A stretch of DNA of 64,000 bases from Octopus sinensis (GCF_006345805.1 NC_043023.1:20460001-20524000); one strand, 5' to 3'; counted from the stretch's first letter, positions 50,185 through 64,000 are shown. Program-made: numbers and translations. Notes: generated from the sequence alone by a model not told the origin.

Positions 50185-50523
50185 TAAATGAAAGAATGGA
50201 GTTGAACAACGATTTTAACAAAATTCCTTTACCCTCGACACATGTTTCGAAGGCAGCATATTCCTAATTCCGAAGGAATAAAGGGTGCATTATGCCGCTA
50301 TCTCATCAGGAAAGACAAGGAACTTATTCCAGCATCATGAAGAGCAAAAACTTTTAGATGACTGCCCACATGATGTCCACAGTAATAATGAGTGTTTGTT
50401 TTTTTGTTGCATAATGCACCCTTTATTCCTTCGGAATTAAGAATATGCAGCCTTCGAAACATGTGTCGAGAGTAAAGGAATTTTGTTAAAATCGTCGCTC
50501 AACTCCATTCTTTCTTTCATTTA
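50185..50523. repeat. Inverted repeat, ~111/115-bp arms, 113-bp spacer
   Basis: 50185-50295 is the reverse complement of 50409-50523 with a few mismatches and one 4-bp indel. Confidence 0.9.
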
Positions 50524-50937
50524 TATATATATACCACTAAGCAGTTCACCTGGCGTGTTAACGATTCTGCCAGCTCACCGCCTTATTAATAATGATAAAT
50601 ATACACACACACACATGTCTTGCAAGTTACTTGGTGACGTTCTTAGTGCAGGGGCCACTTAAAAAGCGTCCAGTCCACACTGTAAAGTGGTTGGTGTTTG
50701 GTGGGGCATCCAACAGTAAAAAGCTTGCCAAACCTGCCCTCACCTGTGTCCATGCCACATAAAAGCACTGAGTCCACTCTGCTGGGTGGTTGGTGCTAGG
50801 AAGGGCATCCAGCTGTAAAAGTCCAGCCAAAACAGACACAGAAGTCTGGTGCAGGCTTCTGTCAAACCATCCCACCCATGCCAGAATGGAAGGCAGACAT
50901 TAAACAATGATGATGAATGTGTGTGTGTGTAATATAG

Positions 50938-51482
50938 ACGTAGGAGTGGCTGTGTGGTAAGTAGCTTGCTTACCAACCACATGGTTCCAGGTTCAGTCCC
51001 ACTGCGTGGCACCTTGGGCAAGTGGCTTCTACTACAGCCTCGGCCCGACCAAAGCCTTGTGAGTGGATTTGGTAGACGGAAACTGAAAGAAGCCTGTCGT
51101 ATATATGTATATATATATATGTGTGTGTATATGTTTGTCTTTGTTTGTCCCCCAACATCGCTTGACAGCCCTAGTACTTATTCTATCAGTCTCTTTTGCC
51201 GAACCACTAAGTTACGGGGCCGTAAACACAACAGCATTGGTTGTCAAGCGATATTAAGGGGACAAACACAGACACACAAACATACACACACGTATATACA
51301 CACACACATATATATATACATATATACGACGGCTTCTTTCAGTTTCCGTCTACCAAATCCACTCACAAGGCTTTGGCCGGCCCGAGGCTATAGTAGAAGC
51401 CACTTGCCCAAGGTGCCACGCAGTGGGACTGAACCCGGAACCATGTGGTTGGTAAGTAAGCTACCACACAACCACTCCTGCG
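50938..51482. mobile_element. Two partial family A SINEs joined in opposite orientation
   Basis: Plus-strand 5' part at 50938-51168 abuts a minus-strand copy at 51170-51482. Confidence 0.75.
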
Positions 51483-51573
51483 GCTCTGATAGAAATTCTT
51501 CTTTTGAAGTGATCCAAATTAAAACGTTCCTTCAATAGTCTCCGTTCCAAACACAGACCCAAAGATAGGGTTA

Positions 51574-53390
<1,817 letters not shown>

Positions 53391-53500
53391 GTTTGCATTT
53401 TTCTTTCTTTTTTTATTTTTTTTGTAAACTAAGTAAAAAAAATTGTGTTGAATTAAAGGAGATTTGCCTACTATTTCTAGCAGGCTTCCAAAAGTGGTCA

Positions 53501-53653
<153 letters not shown>

Positions 53654-53756
53654 CTACGATGGAAATTGGACAACTGCTTTAGATATATATAATATGAGGG
53701 AATATTATTCCAAACTTACAGGGAAAAATTCAATTTAGAAATACTCTCTCTCTCTC

Positions 53757-54320
53757 TCTTTTACTTGTTTCAGTCATTTGACTGCGGCCATGCTGGAGCA
53801 CCGCCTTTAGTCGAGCAAATCGACCCCGGGACTTATTCTTTTCTAAGCCCAGTACTTATTCTATCGGTCTCTTTTGCCGAACCGCTAAGTGACGGGGACG
53901 TAAACACACCAGCATCGGTTGTCAAGCAATGCTAGGGGGACAAACACACAAACGCACACATATATATATATACATATATACGACGGGCTTCTTTCAGTTT
54001 CCGTCTACCAAATCCACTCACAACGCATTGGTCGGCCCGAGTATATAGTAGAAGACACTTGCCCAAGGTGCCACGCAGTGGGACCGAACCCGGAGCCATG
54101 TGGTTGGTAAGCAAGCTACTTACCACACAGCCACTCCTGCGCCTATATACATATATACGACAGGCTTCTTTCAGTTTCCGTCTACCAAATCCACTCACAA
54201 GGCATTGGTCGGCCCGAGGCTATAGCAGAAGACACTTGCCCAAGATGCCACGCAGTGGGACCGAACCCGGAACCATGTGGTTGGTAAACAAGCTACTTAC
54301 CACACAGCCACTCCTGCACT
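53757..54320 (-). mobile_element. SINE family A with duplicated 5' half
   Basis: Head unit at ~53985-54143 is repeated at ~54160-54316. Confidence 0.85.
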
Positions 54321-54588
54321 TAACGATTCTGCCAGTCATTAATAATAATCTTTTCTATTATTGGTACAAGGCTTTTAATAATTTGTTGGGAGCGGGGCAA
54401 GTTGATTCTACAGACCCCAGTACGTGACTGGTATTTACTTTATCAGCCTTGGAAGGCTGGCCATGGCAGGATTGGAACCCACATCGTTAAATCTGAGCAA
54501 ATCCAGTCAGGCATTTTCGCTAATGGAGCAATGATGTTGCCAGCTTGCTGCCTAATAATAATAATAATAATAATATAGTAGTAGTATA

Positions 54589-54771
54589 GGCGCAGGAGTG
54601 GTTGTGTGGTAAGTAGCTTGCTAACCAACCACATGGTTCCGGGTTCAGTCCCACTGCGTGGCATCTTGGGCAAGTGTCTTCTGCTATAGCCCCGGGCCGA
54701 CCAATGCCTTGTGAGTGGATTTGGTAGACGGAAACTGAAAGAAGCCCGTCGTATATATGTATATATATATG

Positions 54772-54806
<35 letters not shown>

Positions 54807-55130
54807 GTATATATAACGGGAAGCTTTATGAAAATAAACAAAAGACAAAGGCAGGTGGAAAACAAACGAACAATTGTATTAGTATATGTATATATATATA
54901 TATATGTATATATGTGTGTTTGTGTGTGTGTGTTTGTCCCCCTAGCATTGCTTGACAACCGATGCTGGTGTGTTTACGTCCCCGTCACTTAGCGGTTCGG
55001 CAAAAGAGACCGATAGAATAAGTACTTGGCTTACAAAAGAATAAGTCCCAGGGTCGAGTTGCTCGACTAAAGGCGGTGCTCCAGCATGGCCACAGTCAAA
55101 TGACTGAAACAAGTAAAAGAGTAAAGAGTA
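54589..55130 (+). mobile_element. SINE family A copy with an expanded central tract
   Basis: Full-length match; inverted relative to 53757-54320. Confidence 0.85.
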
Positions 55131-55139
55131 TTAGTAGCA

Positions 55140-55171
<32 letters not shown>

Positions 55172-55390
55172 CTGTTCTTATTTATTAAAAGGCAGTGCTC
55201 CAGCATGGCCGTAGTCATATGACGAAATATATAAAGGAATAAAAAAGGAGAATCTCTGTGTCTGGGCGATTTGAGAAAGTCGTATTAAGGGAGATAACTC
55301 CAAAGTTTGACTTGACAATTTTATACCTTCCTCTGTGTGTGTGTGTGTTCGTTGTGTTTCACCATTCACAATCGATGTTGGATTGTCTGT

Positions 55391-57578
55391 CAGGGATTCT
55401 TACCATTTTTTTTTTTTTAATCTATGGACCCTTTTGAAATAATATCTTATTCTGGTGTTTAAAAACTAATGTTACAGGAACATCTTTGAAAACCCAGCTG
55501 TTTCTTGCAATACAGACATCTAACACCAAAACTTTATCATAATGGACCCTTAAAATATTACTACAGATCCTCAATTTACTATTTTGCTTGTGTGGACCCT
55601 CTTTGATTACCCTTTTATTCTGGTGGACCACCACCCCTAGGCATCTGATGTTGGAAAACTAGTTCCATTGAATCTTCTTTCAAAACCCCTATTTTATTTT
55701 TCCCCATGTACAATGTTCAAGAAAGAACCCCAGCGGTTTCTAGCAATACAGACCAATACATACATCTACAGCAAAACTTTATCACGGACCCTTAAAATAC
55801 TATTGTGGAGCCCCAATTGACTCTTTTGCTTGTGTGGACCCTCTTTGATTACCCTTTTATTCTGGTGGATCCCCAGAGTCATCCAATGTTTAAAAACTTG
55901 TGTAGGTTGAACCCTGTAAAATGTTTGAGAAATAAACCCAGCTGTTTCTTGCAATACAGACATCTACAGCAAACCTTCATCACGGACCCTTAAAATACTA
56001 CCACAGATCCTCAATTTACTATTTTGCTTGTGTGGACCCCTATGATTACTATTTCATTCTGGTGGACCCCACAGCCATTCGATGTTCAAAAACTGGTTTC
56101 ACAGAATCTTCTTCCAAAATTCCTGTTTTGTTTTCCACATCAACTTGTGTAGAATGAATTATGTAAAACGTTAAAGAAAGAAACCCAGCTGTTTCCTGCA
56201 ATACATACATCTAAAGCAGGGCTTCTCAAGCATTTCTTTTTATCTAAGGGCCCTTTTGAAATACCATTTTATTTTGGTGGAACCCTGTAGTCATTTGATG
56301 TAGCCAACTAGTTTTATAGAAACTGCCTCAAAATTCCCATTTTGTTTTCCATTTGTGTAGGTTAAACTGTGTAAAACATTAGAGAAAGAAACCCAGCTGT
56401 TTCTTGCAATACAGACCAATACATACATCTAAAGCAAGAGTTCTCAATCATTTTCTATCTATGGATCTGTGCCGGTGGCACATAAACAGCACCATCCGAT
56501 TGTGGCCGTTTGCCAGCCTCGTCTGGCACGTAAAAAGCACCCACTACACTCACAGAGTGGTTGGCGTTAGGAAGGGCATCCAGCTGTAGAAACATTGCCA
56601 GATCAGACTGGAGCCTGGTGCAGCCTTCTGGCTTCGCAGACCCCAGTTGAACCGTTCCCACCCATGCCAGCATGGAAAGCGGACGCTAAAATCTCTAAAA
56701 TTGTCAAGAAGGCCGAGGGTGTCTTGGCATCACTCAGCAAGACTTTTGTTAGCCGCTCTCCAGCCATCTATTTAAAACTGTATACAGCTATGGTACGACC
56801 ACACTTGGAATTTGCATCATCAGTTTGGAATCCCTATCTTGCTCAGAACATTGACCTCCTGGAATCTGTCCAGAGACGTGCAACCAAACGCATACCCTCC
56901 ATCAGACACCTACCATATTCTGAGCGCCTTGTTTCCCTGGGCATGGATTCACTGAAGCTCCGGCGTCTGGCGACGGACTTCGTAAACACCCACAAAGTTA
57001 TCAACCACCTCACCAACAACAACACTGAACACCTTTTTGATCTCCATGTGTCTAACACACGTGGACATGCCTACAAAGTCAGAAAACAACACAGCTCCCA
57101 TGACTTTCGCAAACATTTCTTCACGCTCAGAGTTGCTGAAGCATGGAATAAACTGCCTGCGTCAGTTGTTGACTGCCATGACACTGCATCCTTTAAGGCC
57201 CTCATGCTCTCCAAAATCTGCCGAAACTACACCTGATTATATATACACTTTAGATGAGTTGTAGTGCACCTGAGCACTGTACACAATTATTATTATTATT
57301 ATTTTAAACGATGATGATGATGGACCCCTTTGAAATACTATTTTATTCCGGTGGACCCCATAGGCATTTGATGTTTTAAACTTGTGTAGGTTCACCTATG
57401 TAAAGTGTTAAAGAAACCTCACTCACTGTTTCTTCCAATACATACATCAACAGCAAAACTTCATCATGGGCCCTTAAAATAATATTGTGGATTACCAATT
57501 TACTATTTTGTTATGTGGACTCCCCAAATTCTTATATGGACCTTTAGGGGCCATATTGTTCCCATTTGAGAGCCACTG
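55391..57578 (+). mobile_element. Degenerate tandem/nested hAT (Charlie-like) MITE cluster with GGACCC subterminal motifs
   Basis: CAGGG.TTCT(C/T)A-type starts at 55391, 56217 and 56435; end TTGAGAGCCACTG at 57566-57578; flanks ATCTAAAG / GTCTATAT fit the nTCTAnAn target pattern. Confidence 0.5.
56691..57304 (+). mobile_element. CR1-clade LINE 3' fragment, (ATT)n tail
   Basis: 'LYTAMVRPHLEFASSVWNP', 'LESVQRRATK', 'YSERL..LG..SL..RR', 'RGH..K', 'FFT.RV...WN.LP' are CR1 ORF2 C-terminal motifs. Confidence 0.85.
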
Positions 57579-57822
57579 GTCTATATCCCCTTAACCCTAA
57601 TTTATCCATAAAAGACCAATAGAATTCACCAGATTTTAAAAAGGGCCTGGGGTTGATTTGATCAATTAAACCAGGGTCCACTTGGCCCTTGGGTGGAAGG
57701 GGATCCTTTACAAGATTGTTGTTTTAATTTACCAAAAGAGTGTCACCTTTCCTTCATCAGCTCCTGACCCTTACAGGACCCCAAGGTTGCACCCAGATTA
57801 TTTTAATGTCCGCATCCACCTT

Positions 57823-58260
57823 AAGGCAGCGAGATGGCAGAATTGTTAACACACCAGGCGAAATGCTTAACAGTGTTTCGTCTGCCGTTATGTTCTGAGT
57901 TCAAATTCCGCTGAGGCTGACTTTTCTTTTCATCCTTTCGGGGTCGATAAATTAAGTACCAGTCAAATACTAGGGTCAGTGTGATCAACTATCCCTCTCC
58001 CCACAAATTTCAGGCCCTGTGCCTTTAGTAGAATGGATTATTATTATTATTAAGGGGGTGAGCTGGCAGAATCGTTAGCATGCTGGGCAAAATGCTTAGC
58101 CATATTTCGTCTGCCCCTACGTTCTGAGTTCAAATTCCGCCGAGGTCAACTTTGCCTTTCATCCTTCCGAGGTCAATTAAATAAGTACCAGTTACGTACT
58201 GGGGCCAATGTAATCGACTTAATCCCTTCCCCAAATTTAAGGCCTTGTGCTTCCAGCAAA
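57823..58260 (+). mobile_element. Two head-to-tail SINE family C copies
   Basis: The (ATT)n tail of the first copy (58037-58052) leads straight into the head of the second. Confidence 0.8.
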
Positions 58261-59048
58261 AAAGAATTGTTTTAACGTCCCCTTTTCCACTCTTGCATCA
58301 GAGGGAATTTGCAGACATACTTAGTATGTTCTTTGATTAATTTTAATCCTTCAGCTATTTAATGCTTTTTTTGAGTTTTGCAATTGCTGATAATATTAAT
58401 TCTGTGTTACCATTTTTAAATTGTTACACTAGATAATAATAGAGTCAATGATATCTTCACAAATTATTTTTCCTTAATTATTTCGAAATCGATCAACATC
58501 AATGGAATTTGTAGCTGTGATACCAGTGCCGGTGGCACGTAAGAGAACCATCCGATCGTGGCCGTAGCCAACGCCGCCACGACTGGCCTCCGCGCAGGTG
58601 GCACGTAACAAACACCATCTGATCGTGGCTGTTGCCAGCCTCGCCTGGCCTCCGTGCCGGTGGCACATAAAAAGCACCATCTGATAGTGGCCATTGCCAG
58701 CCTCGTCTCGCCTCTGTGTCGGTGACACAAAAAAAGCACCCACTACACTCTTGGAGTGGTTGGCGTTAGGAAGGGCATCAAGCTGTAGAAACAGTGCCAG
58801 ATCTGACTGGGCCTGGTGCAGCCTCCTGGCTTCCCAGACCCCAGTTGAACCGTCCAACCCATGCTAGCATGAAAAACAGACGTTAAACGATGATGATGAT
58901 AATTGCTCTGTATTGAAATTATACACAATTGTTTTGGCAAGCTGGATGCCCTTCCTAACACCGACCACTCAGCTGAATGGACTTCGTACTCTTTGCATGG
59001 CACAAGCACAGGCGAAATCAGTTTTTGGAAAGGATTTTACAGCTGACG

Positions 59049-59564
59049 GTGGCACCCTTCACCTGCTCAACTGACCCTTACAAAATCCCAAGTGGCACCC
59101 TTCACCTGCTCAACTTACCCTTACAAAATCCCAAGTGGCACCCTTCACCTGCTCAACTGACCCTTACAAAATCCCAAGTGGCACCCTTCACCTGCTCAAC
59201 TGACCCATACAAAATCCCAAGTGGAACCCTTCACCTGCTCAACTGACCCTTACAAAATCCCAAGTGGCACCCTTCACCTGCTCAACTGACCCTTACAAAA
59301 TCCCAAGTGGCACCCTTCACCTGCTCAACTGACCCTTACAAAATCCCAAGTGGCACCCTTCACCTGCTCAACTGACCCTTACAAAATCCCAAGTGGCACC
59401 CTTCACCTGCTCAACTGACCCTTACAAAATCCCAAGTGTCACCCTTCACCTGCTCAACTGACCCTTACAAAATCCCAAGTGGCACCCTTCACCTGCTCAA
59501 CTGACCCTTACAAAATCCCAAGTGGCACCCTTCACCTGCTCAACTGACCCTTACAAAATCCCAA
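59049..59564. repeat. 43-bp minisatellite, 12 near-identical units
   Basis: Unit GTGGCACCCTTCACCTGCTCAACTGACCCTTACAAAATCCCAA; no spacers. Confidence 0.97.
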
Positions 59565-59885
59565 GTTCCCATCCTGACCTTGAATATAAAACCATGGCCT
59601 CTTCCCATGACCAGCTCCAGATCCTTACAAAGCTCCCAGATTCCAACCCCTGTGTATAAACAGTTAATACATTAACCAACAAATCAAAATAGACTTGTGA
59701 TTAACTTTAGACATGGCATGAAAATTACCGATGTCTCCAAAAGAGTGTCGTGGAGTTTAGTGACATCCAACAAACACTCAAGTTTTTCCCAAAATCCAGG
59801 GTTTTTATAACTGCTCAACTTGACTAAAAAGAATCAAAATCCATGACAAATATTCTTTACGAAACTTTTAGAATCTTTATATGAC

Positions 59886-60296
59886 AGGCGCAGGAGTGGC
59901 TGTGTAGTAAGTAGCTTGCTTACGAACCACATGGTTCTGGGTTCAGTCCCACTGCATGGTACCTTGGGCAAGTGTCTTCTACTATAGCCTCTGGCCGACC
60001 AAAGCCTTGTGAGTGGATTTGGTAGACGGAAACTGAAAGAAGCCTGTCATATATATGTATATATATATATGTATGTGTGTGTCTGTGTGTCTGTGTTTGT
60101 CTCCCTAGCTTTGCTTGACAACCGATGCTGGTGTGTTTATGTCCCCGTTACTTAGCGGTTCGGCAAAAGAGACCGATAGAATAAGTACTGGGCTTACAAA
60201 AAAAGAATAAGTCCCGGGGTCGAGTTGCTCGATTAAAAGGCGGTGCTCCAGCATGGCCACAGTCAAATGACTGAAACAAGTAAAAGAGTAAAAGAG
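59886..60296 (+). mobile_element. SINE family A copy next to exon a donor
   Basis: Full-length match. Confidence 0.85.
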
Positions 60297-60440
60297 AGAG
60301 AGAGAGTCATATGAACCAATGGCAAAAAACGAAAATGACAATTCTTCGGCAAAGACATTACGACATTTTGCCAATTCACGCCACATTTCAAAATGGCTAA
60401 AATGGTTATTGCTACACAGTAAATATGAAACAAGAAATAC

Positions 60441-60562
60441 CATTTCCTCGTAGGTTTCCTTGTAGGCGTCGATGTGGGTCACGATGCCGGTGTGTTCCTC
60501 GTTGTATTCGGCGATCTTCTTGCGATAGAACTCGAGGAGTTCTCTGGATGGTCTTAGTTGGC
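60441..60562 (-). CDS. CCDC77: CCDC77 visible coding exon a (QLRPSRELLEFYRKKIAEYNEE...YEEM)
   Basis: CAG acceptor at 60563-60565, GTATTT donor after 60441; 122 nt (2 nt + 40 codons). Resembles the N-terminal 'L.PS.ELLE.Y.KK.AE' block of CCDC77 as I recall it. Confidence 0.9.
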
Positions 60563-60704
60563 CTGCGGAGGAGATTGAACGGGGGACAATAAATGAAGGA
60601 GACAGGTAGGGACGACATGGTTGGAGGGACTGAGGGAGGAGGGAAGAGGAGAGAAACCCATCCACAACCACACACACACACAACAGGATGTTGGAAAAGT
60701 TTCT

Positions 60705-60935
60705 TGGTGAGCTGGCAGAACCGTTAGCACGCCGGGCGAAATGCTTTGCGGTATTTCGTCTGTCATTACGTTCTGAGTTCAAATTCCGCCGAGGACTTTA
60801 CGTTTCATCCTTTCGGGGTCAATAAATTAAGCACCAGTTACGCACTGGGGTCGATGTAATCGACTTAATACCTATGTCTGTCTTTGTTTGTCCCCTCTAT
60901 GTTTAGCCCCTTGTGGGTAATAAAGAAATAGGTAT
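60705..60935 (+). mobile_element. SINE family C copy
   Basis: Consensus match; a similar copy lies at 62118-62352. Confidence 0.8.
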
Positions 60936-61320
60936 TATTTATTCCTCATTACTTATGTCTTATTTGCAAACCCCAGGGGTCAGCAGACAGGGGTAAATTA
61001 CTCCAAGTGGGGTAAAAATGAAATTCTTAGGGCTAATGAGGAATCTTCTAGTAATACTACATCTGTTCAAGGTAACAGACATGATTAAGAGACACCATGT
61101 CATTTTGAACTACAAACAGTTTGATTGCTAAGGCATTGTCAAGTGACTAAACATTTGTCAATTGTCCATTACCCTTATTTTTCGACACACACGTCAAAGT
61201 TGTCCATTAGGGTAATGGACAACTTTTTTTGATAGATTCCAGGTTCAGTCTTGTGTGGCACCTTGGGCAAGTGCCTTCTACTCTAGCCTCAGGGGGACAA
61301 ACACAGACACACACACATAC

Positions 61321-61351
<31 letters not shown>

Positions 61352-61557
61352 CGTACATACATACGACGGGCTTCTTTCAGTTTCCGTCTACCAAATCCAC
61401 TCACAAGGCATTGGTCTGTCCGGGGCTATAGCAGAAGACACTTGCCCGAGGGCCACGCAGTGGGACTGAACCCGGAACCATGTGGTTCGTAAGCAAGCTA
61501 CTTAGCACACAGCCACTCCTGCGCCTATATAAATAAATAAATATGTGCGTGTTCCCA

Positions 61558-61621
<64 letters not shown>

Positions 61622-62760
61622 ACTGTGTGTGTGTGTGTGTGTGAGTCCTCCACCACCGTTTGACAACTGATGTTGGTATGTTTATGTGTGTGTAAGTCAG
61701 TATTACAGAAGAAAAGGCCGATAAAGTTTCTTCAACCCAGTGCCCCAGCATGGCCGCAGTCTAATGGCTGAAACAGTAAATAAATAAACAAATATATATA
61801 TATATATATTTATAATAATAAGGGTTCTTTTGCAACAAGTTGCGTAAACCACATACCAAAAATTTTAGAAATAGCAGCCAAAAAGACTACTATTTCCTTT
61901 TGCTATTCCTAAAATTTTCAGTATGTGGTTTAAGCACCTTGTTGCAAAAAACCCTTATTAGTGTAATTATATAATTTTTACCGAATATGGTCTTTTTCCA
62001 TACTGAAATACTACTAGGTGAAATTTGTTGATTTTATTAAATTAATTATATTTCACCCTTTATATGTATGTGTGTGTGTGTAAAAAGCACCCACTACACT
62101 CACGGAGTGGTTGGTGTTAGGCGGCGAGTTGGCAGAATCATCAGCACGCCGGGCGAAATGCTGGGCTGTATTTCGTCTGTCTTTATGTTCTGAGTTCAAA
62201 TTTCGCCGAGGTCGACTTTGCCTTTCATCCTTTCGGGGTCGATAAATTAAGTACCAGTTACACACTGGGGTCAATGTAATCGACTTAATCCGTTTGTCTG
62301 TCCTTGTTTGTCCCCTCTGTGTTTAGCCCCTTGTGGGTAGTAAGGAAATAGGTGTTAGGAAGGGCATCCAGCTGTAGAAACATTGCCAGATAAGACCGGA
62401 GCCTGGTGCAGCCTCCTGGCTTCCCAAATCCCCGGTCGAAACGTCCAACCCATGCTAGCATGGAGAACGGACGTTAAACGCTGATGATGATGATGATATA
62501 TTATTATTATATGTAAAAAAATACAAACTGGGACAAGAACGTAAAACACTTAGAAGACGACACAAAAAACACGGACAGGACATTTGAAGCCCTCAATCTT
62601 CAGTCAAGAACCGGATCATCGTAGCAATTTCGGCTGATTAATCTTGAGATCGCTCCGATCCGGCCAGCCCCAAGGAAAAACTAAGCTACGAGCATTAAAT
62701 TTCTTGGAAGAAGGATCGAATGTATACGAAACAGGGACAGAAAAACGGACGATGCCACAC

Positions 62761-62827
<67 letters not shown>

Positions 62828-63129
62828 AAATTTAAAGGACTGTATGTAAAAATATTTTACTCTTCGGGTTTTTTTAATATGCTAATGCCACTGATTTTAA
62901 TTGATTAATATCGATTTCTACCCTTATTCAATTATATATGTATATATATATATAATAATAAATATTAGGGAATGAATCCAAAATTACAGGGAAAAATCAG
63001 ATTTAGGGTTAAATCCAATTTTATAGTAAAATATTATATAATATAATTCGAGACAAAACCACTATTTTAAAACCAAACAAGGAAAGACTTAATCAATACA
63101 TAAAATTTTAATATAAATTAAATAAACCG

Positions 63130-63173
63130 CCACTACAAATGTTTCATGTCTGCTACCGACAATCTTCAGGTGG
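63130..63173 (-). ncRNA. Minimal type I hammerhead ribozyme motif (minus-strand copy)
   Basis: CCAC-CUGAAGA-U UGUC ggUagca GACA U-GAAAC-AUUU-GUA-GUGG. Confidence 0.65.
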
Positions 63174-63228
63174 ATTTTCGATCTTCTAATCAGTATCATA
63201 ATTTGATACTGATTAGAAGATCGAAAAT

Positions 63229-63271
63229 CCACCTGAAGATTGTCGGAGCAGACATGAAACATTTGTAGTGG
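63229..63271 (+). ncRNA. Minimal type I hammerhead ribozyme motif (plus-strand copy)
   Basis: Stem I CCAC(63229-32)/GUGG(63268-71), core CUGAAGA (63233-39), stem II UGUC/GACA, GAAAC (63256-60), cleavage triplet GUA (63265-67). The 10.1-11.1 pair is a U-U mismatch. Confidence 0.68.
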
Positions 63272-63361
63272 CGGTTTATTTAATTTATATTAAAATTTTA
63301 TGTATTGATTAAGTCTTTCCTTGTTTGGTTTAAAATAGTGGTTTTGTCTCGAATTATATTA

Positions 63362-63394
<33 letters not shown>

Positions 63395-63395
63395 T

Positions 63396-63735
63396 TTACC
63401 AAATTTGCCATCAAGATGTAGGACAAGATACTGTGATAGCCTGGGCTTCAGAGGCCCACAGCTCTTCAATATCCTCCCGAAGAACCTGAAGGACCTGCAT
63501 GGGGTGGATGCAGATGTCTTTAAAGTAGGACTGGATCTCTTCCTGTCAGGTGTCCCGGATGAACCAACTTCACGGCAGGAGGTGCAGATGAGGGTAGCTG
63601 CATCGAACTCTCTCTCATGCACCAAATGGCAATTGCTAAAAAGCATTCATGAAGTAAAATTATGTAGCAACACCAAATGGTGGTGCCCCAGCATGGCCAC
63701 AGCTCATGAGCTGAAACTAGATAAAATAAAAAAAA
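63396..63735 (+). mobile_element. Second 3' fragment of the same CR1/L2-group LINE
   Basis: 'RCRTRYCDSLGFRGPQLFNILPKNLKDL...FLSGVPDEP' is nearly identical to the copy at 1497-1760 and has the same 3' UTR. Confidence 0.8.
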
Positions 63736-63769
63736 TATATATATTTTATTTTATTAATATATATATATA

Positions 63770-64000
63770 GGTGCAGGAGTGGCTGTGTGGTAAGTAGCTT
63801 GCTTACCAACCACATGGTTCCGGGTTCAGTCCCACTGCGTGGCACCTTGGGCAAGTGTCTTCTGCTATAGCCCCAGGCCGACCAATGCCTTGTGAGTTGA
63901 TTTGGTAGACGGAAACTGAAAAGAAGCCTGTCGTATATATGTATATATATATATGTGTGCTGGTGTGTTTACGTCCCCGTCACCTAGCGGTTCGGCAAAA
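63770..64000 (+). mobile_element. SINE family A copy running off the window end
   Basis: Head and CORE-like domain present; central region deleted. Confidence 0.8.

Larger units (their letters stand above)
63035..63365. repeat. Near-perfect palindrome, 164/162-bp arms, 5-nt loop
   Basis: Arms 63035-63198 and 63204-63365 differ only by two 1-bp indels on my comparison. Confidence 0.95.

Noticed and set aside
59049-59564. CRISPR-like regular arrays (43-bp, 128-bp and 144-bp periods)
   Set aside because: Contiguous tandem units with no unique spacers and no cas genes, in a eukaryotic context.
62610-62680. Possible third hammerhead on the minus strand (CTCAAGA...GAAA, CCGGATC/GATCCGG stem)
   Set aside because: Core has G5 changed to C, no credible stem II or III; at most a decayed relic. 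Similar relics at ~12790-12830 and ~61960-62030 also lack the core.
60563-64000. Search for the CCDC77 start-codon exon and promoter
   Set aside because: No phase-1-ending exon with recognisable similarity, and no CpG/GC-rich promoter-like region; it probably lies outside the window.

Overview
Eukaryotic (not microbial) DNA with the repeat content typical of an octopus/coleoid cephalopod genome (organism is inferred from the SINE families and microsatellite load). One host gene is supported: a CCDC77 orthologue on the minus strand, eight coding exons from 60562 down to the stop at 28411. All have GT-AG junctions with matching phases, giving about 489 aa; the start-codon exon was not found and probably lies beyond 64000. 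The rest is repeat: at least five SINE families, a nearly full-length but disrupted L1/Tx1-clade LINE inside a CCDC77 intron, CR1/L2, RTE and Penelope-like fragments, an internally deleted piggyBac plus TTAA-flanked MITEs, a mariner fold-back, a Helitron-like element, hAT-like MITEs, minisatellites, very long microsatellites and a 100-N gap. Almost all ORF-track entries outside CCDC77 and the transposons are artefacts of microsatellites or SINEs. Most notable observations: a ~330-bp near-perfect palindrome carrying two minimal type I hammerhead ribozyme motifs; a LINE/SINE 3' stem-loop with compensatory changes; a filled/empty piggyBac MITE site pair inside a local inverted duplication flanking one exon; a Tx1 LINE embedded in (ATT/GTT)n; and a His/Cys-rich insertion in CCDC77. 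I cannot show that any of these is a new biological system; they are testable candidates.
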